Shown piece after piece: positions 35,932-49,428 of a stretch of DNA of 64,000 nucleotides (the stretch's first letter is position 1; each line of letters opens with the position of its first letter). The notes beneath the pieces are model-generated. The model saw only the letters and a list, made by a program, of their open reading frames with translations, had not been told where the DNA came from and ran no database searches. A program made the position numbers and the translations under genes. Origin of the DNA: Tubiluchus corallicola (lineage: Eukaryota; Animalia; Priapulida); assembly GCA_030141605.1 (NCBI GenBank), contig JAQGDQ010000494.1, positions 62,001 through 126,000 of the forward strand, written 5' to 3'.

Positions 35932-38714
35932 ATGGCTGAGAGGCCAGCCACCCAGTCAAAAGTTCTAGTAAACGATTTTATAGCTCATTGGCTGCAGAGT
36001 TGCGGTATGGACTGGGACAACTGTAATCAACCGGACGGTCCTACGTTGCACAAATGCTGTGTGGTGATGAGACAAGTGGCTGAAGATTTTTTGAAACTAC
36101 AAAAACAAGAGCAAACGTTTGTCCTGGCCGAACAACTGTCATTGTATCAAGGCATACCTGCAGAACTAGCGCTTGAACGTTTTAACGGTGTTCTGAGTGA
36201 GTTGTTTAGTACTGGTATAAAGTGGGGCTACATCGTGGCTCTTGTTGCGTTCACTGGACACATGGCAGAATATGCAAAGAAAAACGGAATGCCTGAATTG
36301 GCAGAGAAATTTGCAGATGCGTCAGTGATATATCTTGACAGACCTGACATACAAAATTGGCTGAACGAGAATGGCGGCTGGGTAAGAAGTTTAACTGTCA
36401 GTTTTTACTGTATACGTGATAGTAATCATGGTACATATAATTACGTTGCCATTGGTTTTGCACCATGCATTGGCGATGTACTTATTTCATTTGCACTAAC
36501 ACGGGAACAAATACAGAATATTGTTTTGCTTCTGTAGCATACCAATTATTTATATAACAGTAGCAAGTGGTGGCGACTGCCAAGAGAGACTGTAACAATA
36601 TGACCAAAAGATCATCTTGTCTACCACCGAATTCACTGTTCATTAAAAACTTTATTTCGAAAAAATCCTAAAATTCATTTTGATGTTTTTGGATTGCCAG
36701 TTTAAGAGTTGAGTTTTCGTAAACTTTACGATATCACTTTTTTACGTGAACATGTTTGTTTATCAAACGCATTAACTATGAAGCATATATATGTGTGTGT
36801 GCTTGCATGGCAAAATCGTCCGTAGTCGGCAATTAAGCTTTTCTAGTTATTCATATGACCTGAATCTTCATTTCATGAGGATCATTTTGATACCAAGTTC
36901 ATGGCTCTATGTTATTTCTAAGCTGTGATAATCCACGTTAACGTTGAGGTGAAAACGTAATCTTGAGAAAAACACTTTTAAAATCAGCCATTGTTTTTTG
37001 TAGCATCTCTACAAAACTTAACAGTCACTAAAGTGTGGTTGCTATGGATTTTACAAGAGCAAATTGAAGTTACATTTAAATTCAGTAGATGGGTCTTCCT
37101 GACGAAGATCTGGTTTTGTCAACCGAAAAAAACCCGAAGCCAAATGGCTGCTTCCATGAGCTACAATCAGAGTTAGAAAATAGGAGTTTTTCACAATTGC
37201 AGTACTAGTTTCTAGACAGAAAAGTGGGTAAGGAGTTATACAGTTAGAGTTTTTAGTATTTTCTGTTCATTTTCCTGATAATTTTATGCTAGTATATAAA
37301 AGTCCAATATATTCACCATTTGTTTTCATAAAGAATAAAAAAAATCAACATTTGACCAAATTTTTAATGCTTTCTACTTTGAAGCATCGTAACGTAGTTT
37401 TAGCTATGCCGACTTATGGACAGTTTTGGTTTGCAAGCACACATGTATTGCATAGCTGAAGTTTCTGCTGCTACCATAAATGTGGCCATTACTGTTCAAA
37501 ACAATCACACACAAGTAATACTATACAAAATAAGGAAAAATTAGAGCAAGATTATTTGCCTCACAATAGGTGAAAAAAACTAACACAAAATAGTTCTGTA
37601 GGACTGACATAGGTAAGTAATTACAAACCAAAGCAACTACTTACATTGGTAAGTACAAACCGAAACCGGAATTTATAAAAGATGGGAAAGTAAAACGAAA
37701 CATTTTTGCAAAACCAGGTACTATTAAAACCGAAAACAGAAAATTCTATAATAAGCAAAAATTTTGTTTTTTGTTTGCTGTGGTGCAAAATTACTAATAA
37801 AAAATTGTAATACAGAAAGGACAAGGAAGTTTTATAGTATAGAACCTCAAGTTTGATGGAGTGGCTTACGTTAGAAAATGTGTTATAATGTTTTTGGATT
37901 TAAGCATCCATAATGATTAGTGTTTAAAGATCATGATGCTTCATTAAAAAATAAACAAATTTTATTTTATTTTGTAGAGGCTTTGTTGCCTATATTTTAT
38001 AAAATTAAATTTGGTTTTTCTCACTTTTGATATTTCGTGGTTTGATATTTCGGTTGATTGGGTCTGGAGATCCTAAAACTTCCCTGTCGTCGGCACTGAA
38101 GATGTGCCGCATTGCCAGTAAGAGAACATCTGAAACTGTTGTGTAAATGAATTTTTTGCTTTATTTGAATTAATCTGGCCAAGATTTTTCAGTGGTTTTT
38201 GGCATCTAGGATAAAAAGAACAGGTAAATTGGATAAAGGTAAAACCTCGGAAAAATGCTACCAAAAATTATCCAAAAATTTGGCTATGAAATTTAATATA
38301 TTTCTCCGAAACCAAATGTTAACCGAAAGGGCAATTATCGACAAACCGAAACAAAAATTTCATTTTGGTAACATCCCCAATTATCTCAACACCCATTGTA
38401 TGCATGAAATGCGTATCCATATTACCATAAAGTCACAAAATGGTAAATAGATTTGTCTTATTCATGAAAACTGCCATGTTTGAGAAGATTGTTTAGCTGT
38501 TAAAATTTTTACCGACCCATCAAATGCGCCATCTTATTCCAAGTCAAGTAATTCACGTCTGTTTCTTCTTCAGGATGGCTTTGTAAATTTTTACGCGAAT
38601 CGTGGCGTTCAGGAGGATTTCGTCTGGCCGAAGTCATTTTCCAGATTTCTGACCAGCGCCGCTGCTGTCGGAGCCATCGGAGCTGCGACGCTTGCTTTCT
38701 ACTTGCGGACATAA
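35932..38714 (+). CDS. Bcl-2 family protein (Bcl-2/Bcl-xL-like architecture BH4-BH3-BH1-BH2-TM); join 35932-36381, 38574-38714 = 196 aa, possibly longer at the N-terminus
   Basis: BH4 SKVLVNDFIAHWL; BH3 VMRQVAEDF; BH1 ELFSTGIKWGYIVALVAFTG; BH2 WLNENGGW|DGFVNFY, split by the family-typical phase-0 intron (TGG|GTAAGA ... ttcttcAG|GAT); C-terminal anchor FLTSAAAVGAIGAATLAFYLRT*. Confidence 0.92.
36796..37443. mobile_element. MITE with ~35-bp imperfect TIRs in the Bcl-2-like intron
   Basis: tgtgtgcttgcatggcaaaatcgtccgtagtcggc / gccgacttatggacagttttggtttgcaagcacaca. Confidence 0.65.
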
Positions 38715-41700
38715 ATTTTTGTGTCTGTGACTTTTATCACTAAAAATAATGGTAAAATCTATAAATTATTGTACCTGTTATTAATCACTGCACACATTAT
38801 TATTGTACAACAGTTTAAAAATTACTTTAATGAGCTTTCCAACTTAATAATTCTCAGTAAGTTACATAGGGGCAGCACGCGACATGCTTTGGATGTATTC
38901 TATAATGGTGGCATACTACGAACTGGTGTGTGCCTGTGATTCTATTACCATATTAAATAATTTGAACAAACTGCACATATTTTAAGTTATTAATGTGTTT
39001 AGTTACCAAGTAAAGTACTGGTATGTTTTCTACATTAAACCAGGAGAGCAATTTATCCAATAGGTCTACTTATTAACTGTTATGCACAAATACCAAATAT
39101 TTAAGCAAATAAGATGTTAGCCTCGTTCTTTACCTGCTTCATTTAAACTTTGCACAACAGAAAAGGTAGCGCGATTCATCATGTGCTGTGCTTCAAGAAT
39201 TTATTGAACCCACTATGGAATAAAACTGAACTGAATAAAAAATCAACTTTTAATATCTTGCAACACTGCCATTTGGAGCTCTGGTAATTATGAATAATGG
39301 TGGTGCAGTCACAGGAGTCTATTGCTGAGACTGGTATCAAAAATTGCAAGAAAAATCTTATCAGATTGTATGACATCAATTGTACGACGGAAAAATTGAA
39401 TCAAATTGCATGTTATCGATTGTATCTTGTCAATTGTATGAAAAAAATCTCATCAATTGTATAAAAAAATCGTATTAATAGTACGAAAAAGTCTTATCTA
39501 TTGTATGAAAAAAGTGTATAAAAAATCACACGCATAAAAAATTTGTTCACTGGTGACCTTTCTGAGGTTAACACATGATAAGAATTAGAAAAATATAGAC
39601 AAATTTAGAAGTCTAAATAACTTTAGAATATCTTGTCAAATGTATGAAAGCACATTACCTCCTTTTGTTAATCATTTTTTGGTACGACATACTTACATTA
39701 GACTTATGAAAACTTCAGTCTGGCAGGTTTATCATTTTTGCTTTTTTCTCGAAACTCCATACATGATTTAGACAACTTCTTAACATGCAGGTATTGTCAC
39801 ATCTAGAGTTATTTTATTTCCCAATATTCAATATATCAGTTTGCTAAGCTAATCTATAGACAGTTTTTCTGATTGCTTTTAGTTTCATGTTATGTGATGT
39901 AACTTGTTCTTTGAGTTTCTATGTATGGTTCATCTCCAACCCTGTGAGCGTATGGCATTGTCTAGAAAATTTGTAATCAGTTCGATAACGTAAATAGATA
40001 TTTTAATCTCAATAATTTAGTCAGTTAAATTATAATGTTATACACTGTATTATGGTTTGTTTCTTTGTGTGTTGTTTATGTTGAGCAATTAGTGTATGTT
40101 TTGGGGGAACTCTACAAAGTGCCCTTGCCCTTGTTTTTGTCATGAACATACTATTTATCGTCTTTTCTGCCTCTTTGTGTTGTAAAATATTATAAAGTTA
40201 GTTGTTGTTTTTTTGTAGAGTAACCTTGTGCATTCCGCAGTTAGAGTCGTAATCGTTTCAGCAAGCCAAATCTACTGCTGTGACTTGATAAGCTTTGTTT
40301 TGTGAGTGCATTCGCTACGTCAGTGCTTGACCATATTTACCATTCCGTGTAATAAAATGCAAATTACGTAATAAAAGGTAATAAAAGGTGTCCTTCGTGT
40401 GCCCCGAAATGTAGCTTAATCTCCCGTGTGCTTTTTAGCGGCCGTAATTCTTCTAGTGATAAACTGTTTGCATGAAATGACATGCATTGGTTCTCGTATA
40501 TGTGTGCTTATATGCACCTACGTGTAAATAATTCTGAGATCATCATTTCTTTAGCTGACATATGATTATACCCCCGATGTAAACAGCTAAACATTCGTTG
40601 CGTATGTGTGCAAGTATATGTACCCGCACATGCGTATGACAAAATGTTTTTAAGCAATAATATTTTTTAGTTAAAATCTTTGAAAAAGTGTTGGTTTTAA
40701 AAATTTTCATGTTCAAATTTTTAACTTTTTGGCCTAGCTACCTCGTTTGTTGTCGTTTTATCATAAACATCCCGCCCAAGTGTCTATAATTATTAATATT
40801 TACTATCTTATACTGTATACTATGCGTGCTATCAGGTCAATAGCGATTTATTATGTGTATCTGAATAAATTTAAAACTTCGATATCTAGTGTTGTGCGTA
40901 TTTATTTTGGTGCAGGTTAAAGGTACAACAGTGTAGCACCAGTGTCTTGTGTCTAATTTGAAATAGCTGCTTATCAATCCATTTTTCCGTCTGACTTCTT
41001 ATCTGTGGAATTTCATACTGTGAAAATGTGGCCTTGCCAGGTTGAGGAAGGAACGCTAACATGTATTAGTGAAATTATGTTTGCTGGATCAGTATTCACA
41101 TTTATTTAAAAAACATGATGCTAGCTATAATTATTGCATATAGGCAGTATAATTATTTTTGCACGAAGTGCAGTGCCATCTCTTGGCAAAAAACAGAATA
41201 TTGAAAACAGAATACAATTTACAACCCTAGCATCCTTTAAAGTTAGTGTAGGCGGTACGAAATTCGATGCTACCACTTATAAGGAAAAACTCGTATTACA
41301 GGTTCTGATCTCGTAACTATTAAAACAGGCGGCAGATGGGGCTGCGATATCATGCGCAATGCAAAATATCTATAGCAAGATGAATGTGAAGCACCAATAT
41401 TTCTGTCCAGACAGCATAAGTTGTGTAGATATTGCATGAATTATTAAGTTCTTGTTTGAACAGTAATTCAAATGATATTTATTAGTGCCAAAAACATATA
41501 CAATGCAACACAAAAAATAAGACACATACGACTTCAATTTTTGAAATAATGTAGTGACACTACAAACAAACAAAACAATTATTAGCAAAACAAATAATTA
41601 CAATGTCGCTCTTGTCAGTTATTTAAATGAAGATTTTAATTATTAGTATTTAAAATAGCTTTGACGCTCATCTTGCCTCATTTTAAGTTATTGTGTTGAA

Positions 41701-43109
41701 AATTTATAAGTTTTTGGTTGGTGGATAATAATTATGGTTTAAAGTAGATCTATTTTCATACGCTACGCAAGTTCTACGCAAATCTGACACAGAGTCTGCA
41801 TGATAAAAAATAATGCAATGTCCTGCGTCGCTTGGCGTTATATTTTCCTGGAACAAATTTGTGCGCATATATTATATTCTAATTACAGTAGAAAGTGCAG
41901 GGAGTTCATACCTCATGCAATGGCTGGGCCAGTGAGCTATACATGTATGCATGATGCACAATTACTGCACTTTTGCCTTATAGCACGGTTGCCTATTTTC
42001 AGGTTAAACTGTTTTTTTTTCAGTTGCCATGCAAAGCAGATTTGTCCAGTTAATAACCTTAATAGTTTTAATTGCTATGTTAGTTTTTCAGTTTTATTAT
42101 GTTGAAAATTGTGGACACACAGCAAGATTTTTTGCACTTAATTGCTTCGTTCGGCCGCACACGTCTATGATTGCCAAACAAAAAGTTAGAATTGACTTCG
42201 TTTAGGTCAATATTGCTGTACACACGCACGCGCATGGCCCGATTTTTCCAGTGGGGCTGAGCCACTTTTGCCCGAAAAATACTCGGATAAAGCATAGGTC
42301 AACTTCGAGTTGGGAATTGCCTCACTCAACCCCTATAATCAAAAATGCCCGGATTTCGGGCACTTCATTTGGTGGCGTGGAGAAATTTCGAGATTTTTGC
42401 CAGAAAAAAATTTCGTCATTTGGTCGGTGCTCGAAGAATTCGGCGATTGCCGGAAAAAATGTGTTCGCCTGGATCCGGGAAGTTGGGGCTGCAGCACCTC
42501 TTTCCCAGACCTTCGACTCGAACGCGTATATGTACGCAGCATGCTAACAATGTATGACCAGTGACCACTCTATTAGCTATAATTATTTGAAACGTTTCTG
42601 AAACATGAATTCATAAAATTGCTTTCCATATTCTGACTTCCTCGATGATATCACAGTTGATTGAACTGCTTTGACAAAATAATAAATAGGATGGATAAAT
42701 AGACGTTTTGCTTGAAAATCAGATAGTAATCTTTTTGAGACTTGCCATGGTCGTAAACGATGAAAGAAGTCATGTCTCTCAGATCACAGAAAGTTCTTTA
42801 TAATTTCCTTTCAGAAACTTTCGTCACCTCACGGACTTCATCAGCTGTACAGAGAGATACAATAAAAATTGCAGATAAAAGTACGCATAAAATGAAAGTA
42901 TGCAGTGATACAGTGAAAGTATAAAAGATACAATGTTCATAAAGATGTTGTATTAAAAAGTTGATTTACAAGAAACATAACAGTTCCTAATTAAGAAAAA
43001 CAAAATGAAAATTAAACTTGCAATCACACCCGAATGAACTTGATAGAGGATAGATCTTGAAAGATAACCAAAACTGTACCTATTGACCAATGAGGTTTGT
43101 TAGTCCATA

Positions 43110-43610
43110 AAATAGATTCAATAGATTTATTTCGCAATAAACATATACATATTACATGTGCATCGATAATCAGTTTTTGTTAATACAAAAATATGATACA
43201 ATTCATGAATTCTGCGCTAGAGACCTAAGAAGCTAGCTTATGGTAGGCCACTAGAATTAGTTACGAAAAAATTACAATATATACAGATACAATATTACAA
43301 TATATTCAAATATAAATACGGGTGGGAAGTAACAAAAATATTATTATACTAGAGGGGAAGTTTTTGAAAATGAAAAACAACAAGTCATGATTGTGTGATC
43401 AGTTATATGTTTCAAGTAAGTTTAATTTATAATTTTTTTTAAATATGGACAGCGAGTTGGCATTTTTAATAGCTGGAGCAATTGAATTCCATATGTAAGG
43501 GCCATTGTATTTATTAGAAAATTTTCTAACTTTTGTGTTGCACTGTATGTAGTGATAGTTCAGTCTATAACGTGTGTCGTAATTATGTATACTTACGTAA
43601 AATTTCAATA
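43110..43610 (-). mobile_element. CR1/L2-group LINE 3' end
   Basis: HNYDTR.....CNTKVRKFS.KYNGPYIWNSI...IKNANSLSIFKKNYK followed by a 3' UTR with aataaatcta-type tail. Confidence 0.7.
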
Positions 43611-44565
43611 TGCAAAAAATATTGTTGATTTTGTAAAGCGTGTAAATCTATAATCAAATTACCTGCATTTGCGCACATTTTTTGTATGTAATTACATCTA
43701 CAGCCGAGTACCCACATTCTTGTAACAGTCTTGTAATTAACGGATGAACGTTAATTGCTGTAAACTTGGCATAGAATGTGGCGCTGCATCGCGCGCCTGA
43801 AGGCGTATTCTTTGCATTGATAAAATGTTTATTTTAATAGCTTCTACATAATAATAGAGTTTTCTGCGCGATAACCTTGACAATTATAAACTGCCGCTGT
43901 GGTTGAGAGACATTTTTAGAAAGAACAGCTGATGCATAATACGGATTAGGAGTAATTACTTATAGATTGGCTATAATTTTATATTGAACGTAATTAAGTT
44001 TACAGTCACTGGAAATCACACAGTACACGTGTGTTCTTAGATCAAATTAATACTAATAGGTATTTATACAGAGAATAAGTGAAGCTAATGTGTTTTCTTA
44101 GCCGAAATGGGATTTCTTTCAGTTGTTTGAGCAGCAATTTTGATGTGGATAGGATATGCTTTGATTTTTGATCATCAGTTTTTTTGCTTGTGTAGCCAAT
44201 TGGTCTGAAGTAACAGATGTAGAGACTTGGGTACGTGCTTAAATAGGTGGCGTCACGCAGAGAGAAGGTTAAATCATACAAAATTGGTTAAACTTGACAT
44301 AACACATAAGTAATGACAAAATCACAAGTTAGATTTTTACGTTCATATTCCTACATTGTCTGTATCTTACACCCACCATATTAGGCAAAAACTCATCGTG
44401 ATTGCAACATCAAAATGAAGGAATGTTCACGTTTTTCAGCCTACACAATTAAAGATTTCAATATGAGTAAGAGTCAAGCGGAAGATATGATACTTAGTTG
44501 TTTTACCCCAGGGTAAACAGCTCAAAAATTTAACTTTCCTTTTCTCCGTAGAAGGAATGCAAAGT

Positions 44566-44655
44566 TGCCAATCACATGGAGCTATAGGATGACGTTACGG
44601 TGCGCGAGTCGCTGAGAATGCGCATGCACAAATTGGGCCATGGCCGCGCCCAGCT
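44566..44655 (+). promoter_or_regulatory. Probable core promoter of the CABIT-domain gene
   Basis: CCAAT (~44568), TGACGT (~44590), NRF1-like TGCGCATGCACA (~44619) and CpG enrichment ~200-290 nt upstream of the ATG. Confidence 0.4.
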
Positions 44656-44855
44656 TAACGCTCATTGGCAAGCACACTACAATAGACAGGCAAATATTCA
44701 GTGACTGAAGTGGTTATTCGGTCAGTCAGCTGCAGAAGGTTACTGCTGCGATGTTCTTCAAGACAGTTACTGTAATAATTTTTAAGATACGTGTTGCTGC
44801 TGTTGCTTGTCTCGTGTAGTTTAGTGTTTTCGCTTTTTTCATTCAACTATTGACG

Positions 44856-45324
44856 ATGACTTCGTTGGAAATACAACCGCTGACGTCTGCTGTGAAGTGG
44901 TCAGATGACAGTTTGTACCTGAAGGATTTTATACGCGTTTACCAGCTGCCTCATCTGGCTCGAGTGACCAAGGGACAGTACTCCTGTGTGGGAGTACCAG
45001 GATTAATATCTGACTTAGATTTGTCCCAAAGTGTACTATTACATTCCAGTTACAAAGCTGTGAAAGTGCTAGCTCAATGTGTTCGCATCAAAGACGTCAG
45101 GAAAGGCAGTCCTGTTTCTTGTTGTGGACCGACTGTTTCCATACCGTCCACGTATAAGGGATGGTTTGAGGTGCTCTCGGAAGAGGGGAAGGCGGTCAAA
45201 CCCATGGAGAGCATAGCGGAGTTGGCCGCCAAAGGTCCGGAAAGTTTTCTGGTTCGGGAGAATTGTAAAGCACTTGTGGGCTCTCCCGATGCATGTTCAG
45301 ATAAATCAAGATTAGTTTTAGGAG
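44856..45324 (+). CDS. First coding exon of a CABIT-domain protein (Serrano/GAREM/Themis family)
   Basis: MTSLEIQPLTSAVKWSDDSLYLKDFIRVYQLPHLARVTKGQY...VLLHS...VLAQCVRIKD...GPTVSIPSTYKGWFEVLSEEGKAVKPMESIAELAAKGPESFLVRE parallels the GAREM/Serrano N-terminus. Donor GGAG|GTGAGT at 45324. No downstream exon was recognised within the window. Confidence 0.8.
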
Positions 45325-46796
45325 GTGAGTTATTTTTTGCAAGTTGTAAAATGATTCCTAAATTTTTATCATTATTGAAATCATTTTGCCTGTGGTTTAC
45401 TGATCATATTATTAGAAATCTATTGATATGAGAAGTGTTTTGAGTTTTACGAGTTTTATTAATCCGTTCAGTTTTCTGTCCGTGTTAAAATCTTCCTTTA
45501 TCGTCGTACTGTAGCGTGAATTTATTTCACAATATGCACAATTTATCAGCTTTATTCAGTTTATCAAGATAAATCGTACGTAGATATAGACTGCAGTACA
45601 ATATACAGCATTTCGCTCGCCTTGCCCCCTCTAATTACTTATGCCCCAATTCCGCAAAAATTATAGTGTGCGAGCCACAATTGAGGACGTAAGTGTGCGT
45701 TAGATTAAAACGCGTGCGTCTAATATTTTGATTCGGAAGTTTGCACACTCTTACAGGCTGTTCTTACTATCTCTTTACAAGAGAATTATTGAGATTGCTT
45801 TGCTTATTTTGGTTATCTACGGCATTCGAGCCATTGGTATGCAATCGCATTCTTTATTTTGTAGCATTTTACGTTGACATACGAAGGGATATTATTTCCT
45901 GAAGTTTGCGGAGAGTAATAGAATCACAAATGATTTGACAAAGTAATACTACAAGGTCCAGGATGTATCAATTTTTTTACATGTGATCAATCCCACTAAG
46001 TTTGATTTCACTGATATTAGATTCCACTGTTTCCACATGTCTAAAAAGAGCTGGTCTCAACTAGGTCTATAAGATGGGCATGTTCATTGGTTCAGTTCTG
46101 TTAATATAAGAGTATGTTTTAAATTGGTGGCTATTCTGATAGAAATTCTTTCAGAAATCCTGTTTTTGCACGCAGTTTTTTTGCAACTCTTAAAAAACTG
46201 TTCCGGCAAAATAATCCGTATTTTGTATTTCTTCGCCCATGAACATTATAGCTGATAGCTGAGATCTCCCTTCTGCGTCTAGCTGTTAATTACATAACCC
46301 TGGCAGGCGCGGTGCGCCAACTGTAGGAGAATGCATTTGCAGCAAAAAAAAGCACAACTTGAATGATGTTTTCCTGAACTATGACTTCTTCTCAGAGTCG
46401 TAGCGCATTGTTGTGCCATCAAGACAAGCGCTTCTTTGTTTGGTAACAAGACGAAGATCCCCAGGAGGTCATCACACTGTAACTTACTGTGTGAGATTAG
46501 CCACACTGATTACCATAATCTGAACAGTTATCGTACTGTGCAACAACGGTCATGGCAATTTTGTCACTCGTAATCACACGGTCTCCCGCGTTCTGCGTTC
46601 TCAATGCTGTAGTTTTCGTAATCAATGTAGCTGTTAGCTGCGGCCACTAAGTTGGAAATCAGTGTAACTTTTTTGAATATATGGTCTTGCATTCTACAAC
46701 AGCAAGCTGGGATCCAACACTCAGTAGCGAGACTAATAAATATAGCTGTTTGTGGAGGAACAGGAATCTAGGGTCAGATAAATGTCAGGGATAATA

Positions 46797-47096
46797 TTCT
46801 AAGACACTTCAGGAGCAAATTAAGAAAAATGATTTATCACATTCAGTCACCCATTTACTTTCCGACAAGGTTGATTGTTGCTAAACTGTCAACGGTAATG
46901 TTCTAAGACATTTTAGGAGTAAATCAGCAAAAATGCATTATCACATTCAGTCACCCATTTACTTACCGACAAGGTCGATTGTTGCTAAACTGTCAACGGT
47001 CATGTTCTAGGACATTTTAGGAGTGAATCAGAAAAAATATTTCATCACGTTCAGTCACTCATCTATTTACTGACAAGGCTTGATTGTTGCGAAACT
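46797..47096. repeat. ~104-bp tandem repeat, ~3 copies
   Basis: ttctaagaca...tcacattcagtcacccatttact..ccgacaaggt.gattgttgctaaact repeated at 46797, 46901 and 47006. Confidence 0.85.
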
Positions 47097-48072
47097 TGGG
47101 CCACTGTGCAAAATCTTATAACTATCCCGCTCCGAGAAACTGACATGTATCGGGTCTGCGTGTTCATAATCTTCAAAAGGAATGCCACTTTCTCAGTGAC
47201 AGAGTGTTAATCCGGACGCTATCTCAATTTTTGTTTCGTCGTTTCTGTCCACCAGTATATATAAATGATCATCGGAAGATAGCCTAAAAATGGCTGTGCG
47301 TAATGGTTATCGCGGGAATTTATATTTACAAGTTTTACACAGCGTTACTGCTAACGCAAGCTCTGTGCATATTAAGATAGCATGTAAGTGATACTAAATT
47401 TCAACGCGATTTTTTTAACTTCATTTACGGAGAATGTTTTCTTGTTCTTTAAGATGAGGCATGACGAAAAAAAGAACGCTATTAGAAACTCGTTAAAATA
47501 TCTGTCTGCCTCGCCAGTTTTTGTGCAAAACTCGTAATCTCGCAAAAACGCGGATTTGGCGAGAAGAGAAAAACCCCAAGGCTGAGAGAATCAGTGAAAG
47601 TGATTGCTCCGTGACTACTCCCTCTCCTATGCGACTGTAATATTATTATGACCATGAAAGATGCTTTGATGAGCTAAACAGTTGTATCATGCGATGAGGA
47701 GCAACAAGGCCAGCTTTGCATGCCATGAGCTGTAGTCGAACCTGTTCAGAAGAATTTGCTGTTGACTCTTTACGAAACGTGTTAAAGCACAAGAAAACCC
47801 TCCACTTTCATGACGCCTAAATTCCTCTCGAAATTTTTTACCACTGACATACTGCCTTTTTGCATATTAGACTTGTGTCGGCAGTAACGCTGCTTAAACT
47901 CCCGCGGTGACCGTTAGACGCAGCCATTTTGACGGCAGATCATTTGAAGCAAGTTCAGATAACATTGCGTAAAGTTTGAAAAAATAATCAGAACATTCGT
48001 AGCACACACATTTAAAATTACTGTATCTTGTCAATACGACTACAATAGGATTATAAATTATCAGTCAGAGAC

Positions 48073-48190
48073 GAGGCGGCATAGTCTAGTGGTAATGCGT
48101 CCGCTTTCCGTCTGGGAGGTCTGGAGTTCGACACTGCCAAATACTTTAAAATGACACTGACTGTTGCCCTGCCTGGTGCGTGGTATTATC
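48073..48190 (+). mobile_element. tRNA-derived SINE head (truncated)
   Basis: A-box-like TAGTCTAGTGG and B-box-like GAGTTCGACAC followed by a non-tRNA core; no complete acceptor stem. Confidence 0.6.
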
Positions 48191-48338
48191 TGTTGTTATA
48201 CAATTGTTATTCACAGTTGGCAAAAACCTCACAAGTTTGTGTTAATTGTTATACAAAAAGCTGAAATTAAATAATAATAATAATTTTATTATTAATTTAT
48301 TATTATTTATTAATTAATTTTATTACTGTTATCATCAT

Positions 48339-48369
<31 letters not shown>

Positions 48370-48820
48370 AACAGCAGGAGCATTATTATTTATTTATTTA
48401 TTTATTATTATTATTGTCGTTGTCGTTATTATTATTATTATTAGTTAAAACATATTATGAGATTAAAATTACGTATTACGTGCATAAACAATGCAGCGGT
48501 TTAGAAAATAAGGTTGCTCTAGTTATTCTTTATCGTATAAACATCGGCCATTTCTGTAACTCCATTGTCCTTTTCATACTGTACGAATAACAGTTTGACA
48601 AATACGTGTGTGTTGTAAACTGCTATGGTGTCAAGTAGTTGAGAAAATGATTAACATTCGTGAATTCTCATGGTTAAACTTTAGACCTCGTGGTTACTTA
48701 TTTTTGATAGTTTTTATGAGGCGCTAGTTATTTTGTAGACGCGTAAGGTTCTTTCAAACTGTCAGATTCTACGTAGTCCGCTTCTTGGAAGCAGGGCTAA
48801 CGACGTACGGAAGAATTTAA

Positions 48821-49428
48821 CAGGCAGACAAGACGTTCTTTCATATACTACCCCATTTTTAAGTCTGATAAAAAATCTACCTTTTATCACATTTAGCACT
48901 GCAACAGTGTTTCTCATAATTTAATAACTCATAGATTAAAAACTTACTTAACGGCGGGAGAGCCCAACTATTGATGACGTCACAAACTAACACAATTTTC
49001 AACAGCGAAAATATTCCACGAGCGTGTTGCACGTGTTTGCGAAAAAGCAAATTGAAATACAATGCTACTGCAAGATATTCAGTGTGTTGTACTAAAACTA
49101 GGCAAGTTTTAAGATAAAAATTCAAATTTTAAATGAACCGCTGTGCTCATGCATGAGCTGCCGAAAGTGTGTAGTTCGTCAGAAACTAACACATCTCAAC
49201 TGAGAGGTAGAGCATCTGTTTTTTGTGCAATGCGTTTCCGAAATGCAGGTGGCTAGTGCCGGTCTAACAAGCAAATGACAAAATGCGTGTAACAGCGTGA
49301 AATGCGTGAAATTGTTTGTATGGTAACAATTCTTTCACGTAATTCTTGAAAAAATAGTATGTTTTCTTTCAATATTTTAAAGTGTGAATTGTTTTGACCT
49401 GCAATTTGAGATTGGGTCCGGTTTTGCT
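48821..49428 (+). mobile_element. Near full-length family A MITE (Kolobok-like)
   Basis: Flanked by ttaa on both sides; ends ...gggtccggttttgct|ttaa; reverse complement of 57074-57684. Confidence 0.75.

Noticed and set aside
48073-48140. tRNA gene
   Set aside because: It has A/B boxes but no complementary acceptor stem or oligo-T terminator; it fits a SINE head.
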